Shown here: piece after piece, positions 18,562-28,384 of the stretch
Layout: every line of letters begins with the position of its first letter
Position numbering within the stretch: the stretch's first letter is position 1
NCBI GenBank assembly: GCA_963642145.1
Contig: CAVIFU010000001.1
Location: 69,129-133,128, forward strand
Length of the DNA: 64,000 bases
Source: Ruminococcus bicirculans (ex Wegman et al. 2014)
Lineage (GTDB): Bacteria; Bacillota; Clostridia; Christensenellales; DTU072
Direction of reading: 5' to 3'
Notes under the pieces: generated by a model
Told to the model about the DNA's origin: nothing
Database searches by the model: none
What the model saw: only the letters and a program-made list of their open reading frames with translations
Made by a program: the position numbers and the translations under genes

Positions 18562-19674
18562 TCAAGTAGTTACGAATCGGAATATGTCTGCAAATATCGC
18601 AAATCCGAACAATAGTACCATTCCTACCGTGTGTATAATAGCCTCAACCTTACGATTGACGGGCTTTTTGAAGATCCATTCAATCAGACAGAACACCATT
18701 CTCGATCCGTCAAGAGCAGGTAACGGCAACAGATTCATTACGGCAAGGTTTGCAGAAACCAAACACACGACATATGAGAGCGTGGCAAATCCGCCGCTCG
18801 CCGCTTCACTCATAACCTTGATGGTAGTAACGGGACCGCCTACATTGTTAAAAGCAAGTTTCCCGGTCAACAAACTTCCGAGTATCGCAAAAATTTTGTA
18901 TACGAGGAAGAACATAAACGTAAACGAGCGAGCAAACGCAAGTAAGAACGGTAATTTTACCGCCGATGTATAAGAAGAGAACCCGAAGCCGTAATTCGTT
19001 TCGGTTTCACCGGTGTCGCTGTTTATTTTGGGCGTAAAGTTGCCTTGCTCATCGAATTCTCCCAACGTATACACGTTTTTGGTAATGGTTAATTTAACTT
19101 TTTTGCCGTTGCGCAACACGACCACGTTTGCGGTATCACCGGCTTTGGAAAACGCCGCTTGCGCGTCGTCCAAGGTAAGAATATTTACCTGTTTGCCGTT
19201 TACGCTCAGGAATGCGTCCCCTGCTTCAAGCACTTGCGCGTTGGGAGAATCGGGATAGACTGCGGCAATATTAGGTAACACTTGTCCGTATGCGGAAAAG
19301 AAGATCACTATGATTATCCATCCCGAAACCAAGTTGAAAAAGGCGCCGGAGAAAAGTACTATCAACCTTTTCCAAGGCGGTTGATTATTGAAAGCTTGCG
19401 GATCGGAATTGTCCTCGTCTTCGCCCTCGAATTGACAAAATCCGCCGAGAGGGAAAGGACGTATAGTGAACAAAACGCCGGTTTTTTTGTTTTTATGCTT
19501 AAATATAGCGGGTCCGAAGCCGATACCGAATTCATATATTTTGAATCCGAGCAGGCGTCCGGCGAGGTAATGCCCGAGTTCATGGACTACCACCATAAAC
19601 ATAAGTGCAAGTATGGCAAGCAGTACATACCCGATGGTTGCCATGACGCTTGCAAACGTTGCCGATATCAACAT
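18562..19674 (-). CDS. rseP: RIP site-2 metalloprotease (RseP/RasP, M50)
   Basis: 370 aa, multi-TM, HELGHY zinc motif, central PDZ-like segment. dxr-rseP synteny. Confidence 0.9.
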   Translation of the reverse strand: MLISATFASVMATIGYVLLAILALMFMVVVHELGHYLAGRLLGFKIYEFGIGFGPAIFKHKNKKTGVLFTIRPFPLGGFCQFEGEDEDNSDPQAFNNQPPWKRLIVLFSGAFFNLVSGWIIIVIFFSAYGQVLPNIAAVYPDSPNAQVLEAGDAFLSVNGKQVNILTLDDAQAAFSKAGDTANVVVLRNGKKVKLTITKNVYTLGEFDEQGNFTPKINSDTGETETNYGFGFSSYTSAVKLPFLLAFARSFTFMFFLVYKIFAILGSLLTGKLAFNNVGGPVTTIKVMSEAASGGFATLSYVVCLVSANLAVMNLLPLPALDGSRMVFCLIEWIFKKPVNRKVEAIIHTVGMVLLFGFAIFADIFRFVTT

Positions 19675-20837
19675 TCCTCACCTCCGAATTTACATATAAT
19701 ATATTCCCTTACCTCGCGTTCGATACTCAAAATATCTTCAACGGACTCGATTATTCCACAGTTAAACTTGTTCAACGCGCATTCTACTGCGTCTGAAATG
19801 CCGTAGAAATTCAGTTTGCCGTTCAAATATAAGTCAACGGCAACCTCATCGGCTACGCAAAGCACCGCGCCGAGGTAGTCCGATTCCGACGCCAACACCT
19901 TCTCCGCGAGGGCAAAGCAAGGGAATTTATCTCTGTCCGGCTCCGAAAAAGTCAAATTCGACAGCGCGCAAATATCCAAAGCCAGCGGCGCGCCAGTAAT
20001 CGGACAACGTTTGGGATGCGTAAGCGCATATTGAATCGGTATCCGCATATCCGGAGCATAATAAACAAGTTTTGACGTGCCGTCACGGAACGTGACGGAC
20101 GCATGGATCAAGCTTTCTCTATGCACAACGGCTTTAACGTTATTCGTACCGAACAGATGTTTTGCTTCAATCAGCTCAAACCCTTTATTCATGAGCGTAG
20201 CGGTGTCCACCGTTACTTTTTTGCCCATTTTCCAGTTGGGATTGCTCAATGCGTCTTTGTGGCTTGTTCTGCTTATCTCTTCTTTTGAGAGATCTCTGAA
20301 CGCTCCGCCGGACGCCGTTATCGTTATACCGTCCACGCAATCCGATTCTTCGCCGTTTAGGCAGGTCCAAATCGCTGAGTGCTCGGAATCAATCGGAAGT
20401 ATGCGTTCTCCTACTTTTGCGCCGAGCTCTTTAGCCATACGCATGAACAATCCGCCACCCGCGACAAACGTTTCTTTGTTGGCGGTGATAAGTTTGGCGC
20501 CTGCTCTGAGAGCCGCGAAAGAAGGCGCGATTCCCGCAAATCCGCTTATGCCGTTTACTACTACGTCTATACCGTCGAAAGTCGCGGGATCTCCGAGCGC
20601 TCGGGTAGTATGGAAATGCTTGTTAGCGTCGGAACCGTCAACGGGATAGTCGTCGTTAGAATAAATTCTTACGACGGAAGGGTAATTCGCGAATTCATCG
20701 CGAAGCCGTCTGCCCTGTTTGTTCGCGGAAACCAACGCAATAACGTATTCGTTCCCGAGAACCTGTCTGACTTGCGTTCCGATAGAACCTGTTGCCCCGA
20801 GAATGGCAATTTTTTGTTTATTAGCCCTATCCATCAT
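19668..20837 (-). CDS. dxr: 1-deoxy-D-xylulose 5-phosphate reductoisomerase
   Basis: 389 aa. NADPH motif GATGSIG. DSEHSAIW and NKG motifs. Confidence 0.95.
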   Translation of the reverse strand: MMDRANKQKIAILGATGSIGTQVRQVLGNEYVIALVSANKQGRRLRDEFANYPSVVRIYSNDDYPVDGSDANKHFHTTRALGDPATFDGIDVVVNGISGFAGIAPSFAALRAGAKLITANKETFVAGGGLFMRMAKELGAKVGERILPIDSEHSAIWTCLNGEESDCVDGITITASGGAFRDLSKEEISRTSHKDALSNPNWKMGKKVTVDTATLMNKGFELIEAKHLFGTNNVKAVVHRESLIHASVTFRDGTSKLVYYAPDMRIPIQYALTHPKRCPITGAPLALDICALSNLTFSEPDRDKFPCFALAEKVLASESDYLGAVLCVADEVAVDLYLNGKLNFYGISDAVECALNKFNCGIIESVEDILSIEREVREYIICKFGGEEC

Positions 20838-21694
20838 GCCGGTATCGGTGTAAATGCCATCAAAACGGCTGTAAAGTATACGGCGAATATAATGCTGTCA
20901 AGCCTATCGATAACTCCGCCGTGGCTGCCGAGCAAGGTCGAAAAGTCCTTGATTTCAAATTCTCTTTTGATTTTAGAGGCAAACAAGTCTCCGAGTTCGG
21001 ATATGACGGCTATCGCCGTACCGGTCAAAGCATAGAACAAGATCGGATTTTTGAATACGTCGGAGAATCTGAGCGCGTCGTTTACCGGGACCCCGGCATA
21101 CTCAAACATCGCATAAACTATCAGCGCGCCTCCGGCACCGCCGAGCAAGCCCAAAATCGAACCAGAGTATGTTTTTTTAGGGCTGATCGTCGGGAAAATC
21201 TTCGGACCTTTTATTGCGCTTCCGGCATAAAACGCAACGGTATCCGAGAGCATCGCCGCCGCTGCCGCCATAAGGATGGGAAGCATGCCGTAGTAATGCG
21301 TCATGCTCAAAGCAACGCCGAACGGAAGCGCCGCATACACCGTTACGAGCAAAGTATACAGCAATCCGTTAATCCCTATTTTTTTATCAAAGATAAAGAA
21401 GATAAATGCGAGCATTGTTCCCACGCCGAATACGGTCCAAAGTCCTTTATAGCCGAAGAACCAAATCATCGGATAAACGGCAATGAGTTCCAAGGCAATC
21501 GGAATTACGGCAACGTTGTAGCCGTGCTTTTTGCCCTGGCTAATCATTTCGTAGGTGCAGAATCCGGATACGATAAGCAAAAGCGCGTCAAAGAACGGTT
21601 GTCCCTTGCCGTCCCACAGCCCGGTGAGGAGTACAAAACCCATCAATACTCCGAGCATTGCCAAACCGAGAATTGTTTTTTTGAGCATTTTCAT
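20834..21694 (-). CDS. cdsA: phosphatidate cytidylyltransferase
   Basis: 286 aa polytopic membrane protein. C-terminal signature SKIKREFEIKDFSTLLGSHGGVIDRLDS. Confidence 0.9.
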   Translation of the reverse strand: MKMLKKTILGLAMLGVLMGFVLLTGLWDGKGQPFFDALLLIVSGFCTYEMISQGKKHGYNVAVIPIALELIAVYPMIWFFGYKGLWTVFGVGTMLAFIFFIFDKKIGINGLLYTLLVTVYAALPFGVALSMTHYYGMLPILMAAAAAMLSDTVAFYAGSAIKGPKIFPTISPKKTYSGSILGLLGGAGGALIVYAMFEYAGVPVNDALRFSDVFKNPILFYALTGTAIAVISELGDLFASKIKREFEIKDFSTLLGSHGGVIDRLDSIIFAVYFTAVLMAFTPIPA

Positions 21695-22380
21695 TATACG
21701 TTACCGAAATTCCTTTTTATTTTCTTATATTGCTTCATCACGTCGTACACGTCGCCTTTGTCTGCGTCCGGGAACAACTTATCGAGGAAAAACATTTCCG
21801 CATACGTCGTTCTGAACGGTAAATATCCGGACAACCTTTTGTAACCGCCGTATCTTATCAGCGCGTCTACCGGAGGCAAAGAGGCAGAATACATATATTG
21901 TTCCACTTCTTCTATTGTCGTAGACGTATAATCGGCGTTGACGAGTTTTTGGGCAAATACGTAATTAAACGCCTTGGTTATTTCGTCCATGCCGTTGTAT
22001 GCAAACACAAACGCAAGCGTCATGCCCCTATTGTTAATTGTCGCGGCATTGGCTTTGGAAATTGTTCCCATCAACTCCGGAGTCAAGCTTTGGTAATCTC
22101 CCACAAAAAACAAGCGATAACCGCGTTCTTTGCATATCGGGAGCAAAGTGTTTTCGAGGTAATCGGCGTATACGGAAGACAGCGCAAGCGACGCGCCGGC
22201 ACCTCTCTTTTTGTTTTCCGCGCTTGAAACGTAAAAAGACACACACGCGAGCCTAAGCTCGTCGCATGCGTCTATGATATCGGTTATGGCGCGTGTGCCG
22301 TACAAGTAACCGTTTACTCGCGGCAAATTACGTTTGGCGGCCCACCTTCCGGCGCCGTCGGGGATTACGGCAAGATGCAT
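21694..22380 (-). CDS. uppS: isoprenyl transferase (undecaprenyl-diphosphate synthase)
   Basis: 228 aa. Variant N-terminal motif HLAVIPDGAGRWA and a C-terminal RYGG-type motif. frr-uppS-cdsA synteny. The N-terminus is unusually short. Confidence 0.85.
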   Translation of the reverse strand: MHLAVIPDGAGRWAAKRNLPRVNGYLYGTRAITDIIDACDELRLACVSFYVSSAENKKRGAGASLALSSVYADYLENTLLPICKERGYRLFFVGDYQSLTPELMGTISKANAATINNRGMTLAFVFAYNGMDEITKAFNYVFAQKLVNADYTSTTIEEVEQYMYSASLPPVDALIRYGGYKRLSGYLPFRTTYAEMFFLDKLFPDADKGDVYDVMKQYKKIKRNFGNV

Positions 22381-22384
22381 GGAC

Positions 22385-22960
22385 CTATACGGACATGATC
22401 TCCGTTTCTTTGTCGGCGGCTATTTTTTCAACGTCCGCAATGGCTGTCGAAACGATTTTTTCAACGTCTTTTTCTTGTCCGTAGAGATCGTCCTCTGTCG
22501 TGATGCCGTCTTTTTTGTATCCGCGCAGAAGCTCTATGGCGTCGCGACGGATGTTACGTATGGCAACTTTGGCGTTTTCCGCCGTGCTTTTGACCTCTTT
22601 CACGAGGGCGCGACGACGTTCTTCGGTAAGTTCGGGAAATACCATGCGCAATACTTTGCCGTCGTTTGTCGGGAATATTCCGAGGTTGGCTGCAATAATA
22701 GCTTTCTCCACGGATTTAAGCGCACTGCCGTCCCAAACGTTGATGATAAGCATTCTTGCTTCCGGGACGGTAATGTTAGCCATTTGATTTATGGGCGTAT
22801 CCACGCCGTAGTACGGCACGACAACTTTATCCAAGATGTGAGGGTTGGCTCTGCCGGCGCGGAGCGATTGATATTCCGTATGCAGATTCGCAATCGTTTT
22901 GGCAACGCGTTCGTTAAGATCGTCAAATACCATTTGTACTTCCATTAGTTCGTAGGACAT
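22385..22960 (-). CDS. frr: ribosome recycling factor
   Basis: 191 aa. Typical RRF motifs (LRAGRANP, P.LTEERRRALVKEVK). Confidence 0.95.
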   Translation of the reverse strand: MSYELMEVQMVFDDLNERVAKTIANLHTEYQSLRAGRANPHILDKVVVPYYGVDTPINQMANITVPEARMLIINVWDGSALKSVEKAIIAANLGIFPTNDGKVLRMVFPELTEERRRALVKEVKSTAENAKVAIRNIRRDAIELLRGYKKDGITTEDDLYGQEKDVEKIVSTAIADVEKIAADKETEIMSV

Positions 22961-22989
22961 ATATTACCTCACTTGATTTCTTTTTAATT

Positions 22990-23018
22990 ATAATAACATA
23001 GCGCGCGCGACAATACAA
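22990..23018 (-). promoter_or_regulatory. candidate sigma-A promoter for the frr-uppS-cdsA-dxr-rseP-ispG operon
   Basis: Minus strand has TTGTAT, a 17-nt spacer (tgtcgcgcgcgctatgt), then TATTAT(AAT). It lies about 30 nt upstream of the frr RBS GTGAGG. Confidence 0.45.
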
Positions 23019-23063
23019 GTGTTTTTTATAAATCGGTACTTACGTAGTCGGGACAGAATCGGC

Positions 23064-23100
23064 TAAAAAAAGAGCTGTTAACGACTCATTCATTAACAGC
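23064..23100 (-). terminator. rho-independent terminator after spoIIIAH
   Basis: Minus strand reads GCTGTTAA-tgaatgagtcg-TTAACAGC then TCTTTTTTT. Confidence 0.7.
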
Positions 23101-23108
23101 CCCTATTC

Positions 23109-23636
23109 TTATACGTAAGGAATTACCACTACGTTTTGCGCTTTGAAATCCGTTTCGGAAACGACTATGTTAAGTATTTGCGCGGCGTCTTCGAGCGTTA
23201 AATCCTCATCCATCACCACAACGTTTACATTGTCGGTGCTGATTGTTACAACGCAGTCTTGGAAGCCTTTGGCTTTTATCAGCCCTTCGAGGACGAGTTC
23301 GGTTTCCATCGCGCTTGTCAATTTGAGCTTTTGATTCTCGGCGCCTTGTACCGCGCTCTCCGTTGAAGTTGCGGATGCGATTATGTCGTCAAGGTACGCA
23401 ATTTCTTGAGTACGAGTCGCTTCCCTATCCGTTCGATACGTCGAGAAGAAAGTCGCTTGCGAGCTTGCGTTATTCACATCGGTTGAGGATCCGTCGGCGT
23501 TCTTTTTGACGTTCAAAAAGTAATTCAAACACCCTGTCGCTACCAAAAGCGCAACCATACAGGCAATAACTATAATTTTCTTTTTGTTGGCTTTCAATAT
23601 GCCGGCGAATTTAGAAAGTTTGCTGTTTTGCTTCAT
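23109..23636 (-). CDS. spoIIIAH: stage III sporulation protein AH
   Basis: 175 aa, last gene of an 8-gene spoIIIA-like operon. N-terminal TM. 4-nt overlap with the upstream gene. Confidence 0.75.
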   Translation of the reverse strand: MKQNSKLSKFAGILKANKKKIIVIACMVALLVATGCLNYFLNVKKNADGSSTDVNNASSQATFFSTYRTDREATRTQEIAYLDDIIASATSTESAVQGAENQKLKLTSAMETELVLEGLIKAKGFQDCVVTISTDNVNVVVMDEDLTLEDAAQILNIVVSETDFKAQNVVVIPYV

Positions 23637-24166
23637 ACATCTCTCCTTGTAAATATTTGTATAGAGTTTGCGTTAACGCCGAGTACCGTTGCAGTTGCCT
23701 GTAACAAGCGGAGTTTGACCATAACGTTATCCGCGCCTTCGGCAACTATGATTACGCCTTGAATTTGCGGCATTTTTTCTTGTAGTACAATTACATCCGA
23801 ATTGGTTATTAGCGGTGAAGACGTAGTAGTTGTCGTAGTTGTTTGTCCGTTGCTTCCCGTCGTAGTCGTCGTGTGCGAATTATTGGTTGACGCCGTCACG
23901 ATTTCGGAAGTCGCGCTGTATGTAATCATGACTTTTACGCTACCGGCTCCGTCTATTTCCGAGAGAATATCGGCAAGCCTCGATTCAAGTCCGTCCGTAA
24001 GCGATGAAGTTTCTTTGGCGGCGGATTCCGTGCTTGTTTCCTTAGTCGTCTTTTCGTTTACGTTAAAGTATATTATCAACAGTACCGCGATTATGATTAC
24101 TCCCACAATAATTTCTATATGCTTTACGGATTTTATCCTTTGAGCCAGTTCTTTAAGTTTATTCAT
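23633..24166 (-). CDS. spoIIIAG: stage III sporulation protein AG
   Basis: N-terminal TM. Thr-rich insert (HTTTTTGSNGQTTTTTTTSS). C-terminal ring-forming motif VQGVIIVAEGA. Start moved to M13 (MNKLKEL), giving an 8-nt overlap with spoIIIAF. Confidence 0.8.
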   Translation of the reverse strand: MNKLKELAQRIKSVKHIEIIVGVIIIAVLLIIYFNVNEKTTKETSTESAAKETSSLTDGLESRLADILSEIDGAGSVKVMITYSATSEIVTASTNNSHTTTTTGSNGQTTTTTTTSSPLITNSDVIVLQEKMPQIQGVIIVAEGADNVMVKLRLLQATATVLGVNANSIQIFTRRDV

Positions 24167-24668
24167 AATCGAGCCCCGCAATTGTAATGTTTTCACCGTC
24201 AACGTTTATAGAAGTTTCTATAATTTCGGTAATGTCTGCAATAATATCTATATTTTTCTTTTCGGGAGATATTACGGCATTGGTAAAAATAGCCACAACC
24301 TTTTCAATCTTTTCGCCGTTATAACCCGTTATTTCGTACACGCTTACAAAAACGCCCTCATATCCGTGCTTCGATAAGCTCTCTACGCAAAGTGTTTCTT
24401 TCCGTGCCGTATCGGCGTCATATGCCGCTAAGTCCTCAGCGTCGAATTCACTTACCGACGCCGTCCGCGATTCTGTATCGAACAACTCCGCAATATCGAA
24501 ATCCGAATTGACTAACTTCGGAATCGGATAAATTATAACAGCAAAGACAAGTAGCGCGGCTATGCCTTTGACATACTTTTTCGTCTCCCCGTCCGCAATA
24601 AAAACGTCTATAAGCGTTGTCAAACAAACAACTCCGACTATGCTCATTATATACGCGGTAAAGCTCAT
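24159..24668 (-). CDS. spoIIIAF: stage III sporulation protein AF
   Basis: 169 aa, two N-terminal TMs, correct position in the spoIIIA operon. Confidence 0.75.
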   Translation of the reverse strand: MSFTAYIMSIVGVVCLTTLIDVFIADGETKKYVKGIAALLVFAVIIYPIPKLVNSDFDIAELFDTESRTASVSEFDAEDLAAYDADTARKETLCVESLSKHGYEGVFVSVYEITGYNGEKIEKVVAIFTNAVISPEKKNIDIIADITEIIETSINVDGENITIAGLDYE

Positions 24669-25918
24669 ACCACCCCCGCATTGAATGCGCCGATAACCGT
24701 CATGAAAATTACGAATATCATAAATCCGACGCCCGCGCAGGAGGCTATCGGCAAAGATAGATTTTGCGCCGTATTGTAGAGCAAATTTGTTACCTTTGCG
24801 TCCGTAACCGGCTCCAACAGCCCGGATAGCAGCTTAAGCGCAAGCGAGTAACAAACGGTTTTAATTATCGGCACAAGCGTAATCAAAAGTATCGCAATAA
24901 GCAGTGCCAGCCCGAAAGCGTTTTTTATCAAAACGGCGCTCGCGACCACAATATCGAAACCTTCCGCCAAATATCCGCCGAGTATGGGAATATAGCTCGA
25001 TAACGCGAATTTCGCCGATTTTATGCTTACGGTGTCGATACTTGCACCTACCAGCCCTTGAGCGGAAATCATTGCGGTGATTATCGAAAATGTCAGTCCG
25101 AGCGTCCAACTTCCCACGGATTTCAAAGCTTTGGAGAGCTTGTCGAGTTTGATGTTGTCGCTCATATTGCCTATTATCGTAAATACCGTAACCGCGTAGA
25201 AAACAGGCAAAACGAACGTAACGATGATTTTGACGGCAAAACCGCAAAACAACGTTACGCAAGGCTCCAAAAAGCCCACGGTACCCGTTCCGCCTATCGC
25301 CGTAATGATAGTTGCAAATATCGGTACGGATATTTCCGTCAACCGAGAAATACTCGTGATTACGTTTTTTATATCGATTATCAGATTGCTTACCGAAATA
25401 CCTATCGTTACGGCAATTCCGCCGTATACCGTCCAATATACGAGCTGTTTTGTGCTTTCTCTTTTGAAGCCCGATGTCAGTTGTTCGCTCATTCCGTAGA
25501 AAATCGCAAGTACGGCGATCCCTGCAAGAGAGGCAAAAGTCGCGCTCAAATTTTTAAGTACGGCTTTAATTAAGTAGTTAAGGATTTCTTCCGAGCCTAT
25601 CGATACGTTGCCGTCAATGATGTTTTTGAGCAAGACCTTTATACTTCCGCCGAGCGAGGACTTCAACGCTTCGTCCAAAGAGTCGAAATATTCGTCCAAT
25701 TCCTTTGAATCCAAACCGTCGATGACTTTGTCTATCTCGTTTTCCATCTCTTTTTTTATGTCCTCTTCTTTTGCGTTCGCAACGCGCTCATTTACAGGCG
25801 CAATGCCCAAAATCAGCCCTATAAACGTAGCTATAGCTACAAGTATTGCTATTTTATGATACTTGCAACGGATGTTATTACTCCGGAGATTATTGGTAAC
25901 GACAGTCCCAAAATACAT
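24665..25918 (-). CDS. spoIIIAE: stage III sporulation protein AE
   Basis: 417 aa polytopic membrane protein. RBS GGAGGT sits 5 nt before the ATG at 25918. The start lies 70 nt inside spoIIIAD. Confidence 0.85.
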   Translation of the reverse strand: MYFGTVVTNNLRSNNIRCKYHKIAILVAIATFIGLILGIAPVNERVANAKEEDIKKEMENEIDKVIDGLDSKELDEYFDSLDEALKSSLGGSIKVLLKNIIDGNVSIGSEEILNYLIKAVLKNLSATFASLAGIAVLAIFYGMSEQLTSGFKRESTKQLVYWTVYGGIAVTIGISVSNLIIDIKNVITSISRLTEISVPIFATIITAIGGTGTVGFLEPCVTLFCGFAVKIIVTFVLPVFYAVTVFTIIGNMSDNIKLDKLSKALKSVGSWTLGLTFSIITAMISAQGLVGASIDTVSIKSAKFALSSYIPILGGYLAEGFDIVVASAVLIKNAFGLALLIAILLITLVPIIKTVCYSLALKLLSGLLEPVTDAKVTNLLYNTAQNLSLPIASCAGVGFMIFVIFMTVIGAFNAGVV

Positions 25919-26235
25919 ACTTTACCTCCGAACAAAATTTTTTTTGCAATAGACGGCGAGCCGTAATCCTCCGCAACGTTTCCGCTAAACTCCGTTATAT
26001 ACCCGACGCCTATTACTCTTATTACGGTTTTGATTATTTTATTATCGAGACCGGCAAGCTCCACGAGGCGCATGTATTCGTCTAAGATTCCCGTAAATTC
26101 ATCTATCAGAGAAACTACTATGATTATCCCCGTAACAATTCCCGCAAGAGCGGCAAGCGACGGTTTAACCTCTTTTAGCACGGTAGAACATATAAGCCCG
26201 AGCATGCCTATTCCGATGATTTTAATGATGCTCAT
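25849..26235 (-). CDS. spoIIIAD: stage III sporulation protein AD
   Basis: 128 aa, 4-TM. Size and position match SpoIIIAD. Confidence 0.8.
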   Translation of the reverse strand: MSIIKIIGIGMLGLICSTVLKEVKPSLAALAGIVTGIIIVVSLIDEFTGILDEYMRLVELAGLDNKIIKTVIRVIGVGYITEFSGNVAEDYGSPSIAKKILFGGKVCILGLSLPIISGVITSVASIIK

Positions 26236-26435
26236 CCGTATAGATTAAAGAGCGATTGTACCGTTCCGAGGAGATCGGAGACCATATTTATAACCATAAC
26301 GAGAACGACTATGAGCGCGGTAAGCGTTACAAAAGTTCCGAGTTCTTTTTTGTCACTTTTGTCGAGTATGGTATTTATAACCGCGCTTAGAACGCCCACA
26401 CCCGCTATTTTAAGTAAAGTTTCTATTCCCGTCAT
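26232..26435 (-). CDS. spoIIIAC: stage III sporulation protein AC
   Basis: 67 aa, 2-TM. Size and position match SpoIIIAC. Confidence 0.8.
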   Translation of the reverse strand: MTGIETLLKIAGVGVLSAVINTILDKSDKKELGTFVTLTALIVVLVMVINMVSDLLGTVQSLFNLYG

Positions 26436-26914
26436 AGTATGATTATCAATAACCCGACGCCCAACAATATCAAGAGTTTACCGGCGAGTTCCCCCTTTTT
26501 AGATTTATCCGCCGTGGCGGTTTCTTTTAGTCCGAGCGCTGCGGCATATGCGCTTTTGAGTATATTGCGTCGCGCCTCGAAATCGCTTCTTGCAAGTTCG
26601 TTTATGAATACGCAAATATCGTTTACGGCTTCTTTGGGCAGAGTCTTGCACTCGAAAACGGCTTTGTTGTTTGACTCCAAGCCGTCCGCGCATTTTGTAA
26701 GCGAGTTTTTGAGTTGCTCGGTGCGCGCGCCGTAATTACGCATAAGTTCGCATAGTCCTGTTCGCATGAATTCTGTTTCTCTCTCTACATAAGCGACAAA
26801 TGAAAGGTAATCTTCCGCTACTGCAAGACGAATCTTGTAGTATTTTTCGATTTGAAAGCCTATGTAAGCGAAACCGATAACTATTACGGCGCCGAGGAGC
26901 AACTTGTATATCAT
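26432..26914 (-). CDS. spoIIIAB: stage III sporulation protein AB
   Basis: 160 aa with N- and C-terminal TMs. Position matches SpoIIIAB. Confidence 0.78.
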   Translation of the reverse strand: MIYKLLLGAVIVIGFAYIGFQIEKYYKIRLAVAEDYLSFVAYVERETEFMRTGLCELMRNYGARTEQLKNSLTKCADGLESNNKAVFECKTLPKEAVNDICVFINELARSDFEARRNILKSAYAAALGLKETATADKSKKGELAGKLLILLGVGLLIIIL

Positions 26915-27729
26915 AACTTCACAATGGATTTTATGCTTCCCATTGTCGGCTTATTACTCAACGTAACGGCGTAATCGAAATGTTCTCCGATAATTTTCTT
27001 GATGTGTTCCGGTGCGGTTTTGTAATCTTTGATGTGCGCGCTGGCAATGATTTTTATACCGGATGAGCTTAATTCGGCAAGAGAGGCGACGTCGCGACTG
27101 AAATAAAGTTCGTCGCATACGACTACTTCAGGTGCCATTGCGCGCAGAATACCCTCCGCGACTATGCTTTTGGGTGCGTCGGACATCACATCCAAGTACT
27201 GTCCGAATCTGTAATTTTCGGAATAAATTTCTCCGCGTTCGTCAATTATCAATGTATCGGCCCTCTCCGAGCTTATGCGCGCCAAGTCGCGTATCAACGT
27301 GGTTTTACCGCAAAACGGCGGCGACATCAGCAACACACCCTTTTCAGAGTCAAGCAAGCGTTGCAAGGCGTTCGCGCAGCCAAAAATCTCATGCGGTATT
27401 CTGATATTTAACGACGTTGTATTTTTTATTGTGATAATTCTGCTTCCGTCCGTCACCGCTTGTCCGCAAATTCCTATTCTGATGCCGTCAAAGGTAACGT
27501 ATCCCCTCTTAATCTCGTCTTGAAACGCATATAAAGAGTTTTTTGTAGCTCGCGCGAGTATGGTTTGGATGTCGTCCTTTGTCGCTGCGACGCGCAAAGT
27601 GCGCCTTTCCGTACCGTTTTTGATTACGACGGCTCTGTTTGCGCGCACGCAAACTTCCGTCAGTTCGTTTGTCTTAAATTCGGCGGTTATTTCCGAGTAC
27701 AATGCAGCCCCGAGCAAATAGTCAAGCAT
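26911..27729 (-). CDS. spoIIIAA: stage III sporulation protein AA (secretion-type ATPase)
   Basis: 272 aa. Walker A SPPFCGKTT and Walker B LIIDE. First gene of the operon. Confidence 0.85.
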   Translation of the reverse strand: MLDYLLGAALYSEITAEFKTNELTEVCVRANRAVVIKNGTERRTLRVAATKDDIQTILARATKNSLYAFQDEIKRGYVTFDGIRIGICGQAVTDGSRIITIKNTTSLNIRIPHEIFGCANALQRLLDSEKGVLLMSPPFCGKTTLIRDLARISSERADTLIIDERGEIYSENYRFGQYLDVMSDAPKSIVAEGILRAMAPEVVVCDELYFSRDVASLAELSSSGIKIIASAHIKDYKTAPEHIKKIIGEHFDYAVTLSNKPTMGSIKSIVKL

Positions 27730-27753
27730 ATAAAATTGTACTCGGTAACGGGC

Positions 27754-27783
27754 AAAAAAATAACGGCAACTTTCGTTGCCGTT
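27754..27783 (-). terminator. rho-independent terminator after efp
   Basis: Minus strand reads AACGGCAAC-gaaa-GTTGCCGTT then ATTTTTTT. Confidence 0.8.
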
Positions 27784-27805
27784 TGATATAATTTCTTAGT
27801 TGAGA

Positions 27806-28372
27806 TTAGTTAGCTCTGGACATATATTCGCCGGTACGAGTATCCACGCGGATCATCTCGCCTTCTTCAATGAAGAGCGGAACTTGTATTACGTAACCTG
27901 TTTCGAGTGTTGCGCCCTTGCTTCCGGGTTGTGCGGTAGCTCCGGGGATGCCGGGATCGCAGTGTGCTACTTGCAATACTACAAAGTTTTCCGGCTCAAC
28001 CGAGAACGGGGATCCCTTGTAAAACGCTACGTCGACGAGACTGCCTTCCTTGATAAAGTGGAGAGCGTCTTCCACGAGGTCGTGGTTCATGGGGATCAAA
28101 TCGTAAGTTTCGTTATCCATGAAGTAGTAAAGATCTCCGTCGTTATAGCTATAGGACATCTTTTTGCGCTCGATGTATGCGAGCTCGAATTTTTCGCTGG
28201 GGTTAAAAGTTCTTTCAAGAACACTGCCGGTCATGACGTTACGCATTTTAACGCGAACGAACGCCGCACCCTTACCGGGTTTAACGTGTTGAAAGTCTAT
28301 AACCACTTGCACGGTGTTGTCGAGTTCGAACGTATCGCCTTTTCTTAAATCGCCTGCTAATCTGTTTGCCAT
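27806..28372 (-). CDS. efp: elongation factor P
   Basis: 188 aa. The [10 protein letters not shown] loop carries the modified Lys. pepP-efp synteny. Confidence 0.96.
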   Translation of the reverse strand: MANRLAGDLRKGDTFELDNTVQVVIDFQHVKPGKGAAFVRVKMRNVMTGSVLERTFNPSEKFELAYIERKKMSYSYNDGDLYYFMDNETYDLIPMNHDLVEDALHFIKEGSLVDVAFYKGSPFSVEPENFVVLQVAHCDPGIPGATAQPGSKGATLETGYVIQVPLFIEEGEMIRVDTRTGEYMSRAN

Positions 28373-28384
28373 ATGTACCTCCGA

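Noticed and set aside
23001-23010. Alternating (GC)n tracts: GCGCGCGCG at about 23001-23010 in the frr promoter spacer and at about 35222-35230 between the ATPase promoters.
   Set aside because: They are only 9-10 nt long. They could be chance, or contribute merely to spacer rigidity. There is no further evidence of function.
27730-27806. Sigma-E promoter for spoIIIAA (AGTACAAT resembling CATACAAT) and sigma-G/F promoters upstream of spoVAC (31296-31411).
   Set aside because: The best -10-like match lies only about 5 nt from the spoIIIAA ATG and the -35 match is poor. No convincing GHATR-N17/18-CATnnTA match lies upstream of spoVAC. The evidence is too weak to annotate.
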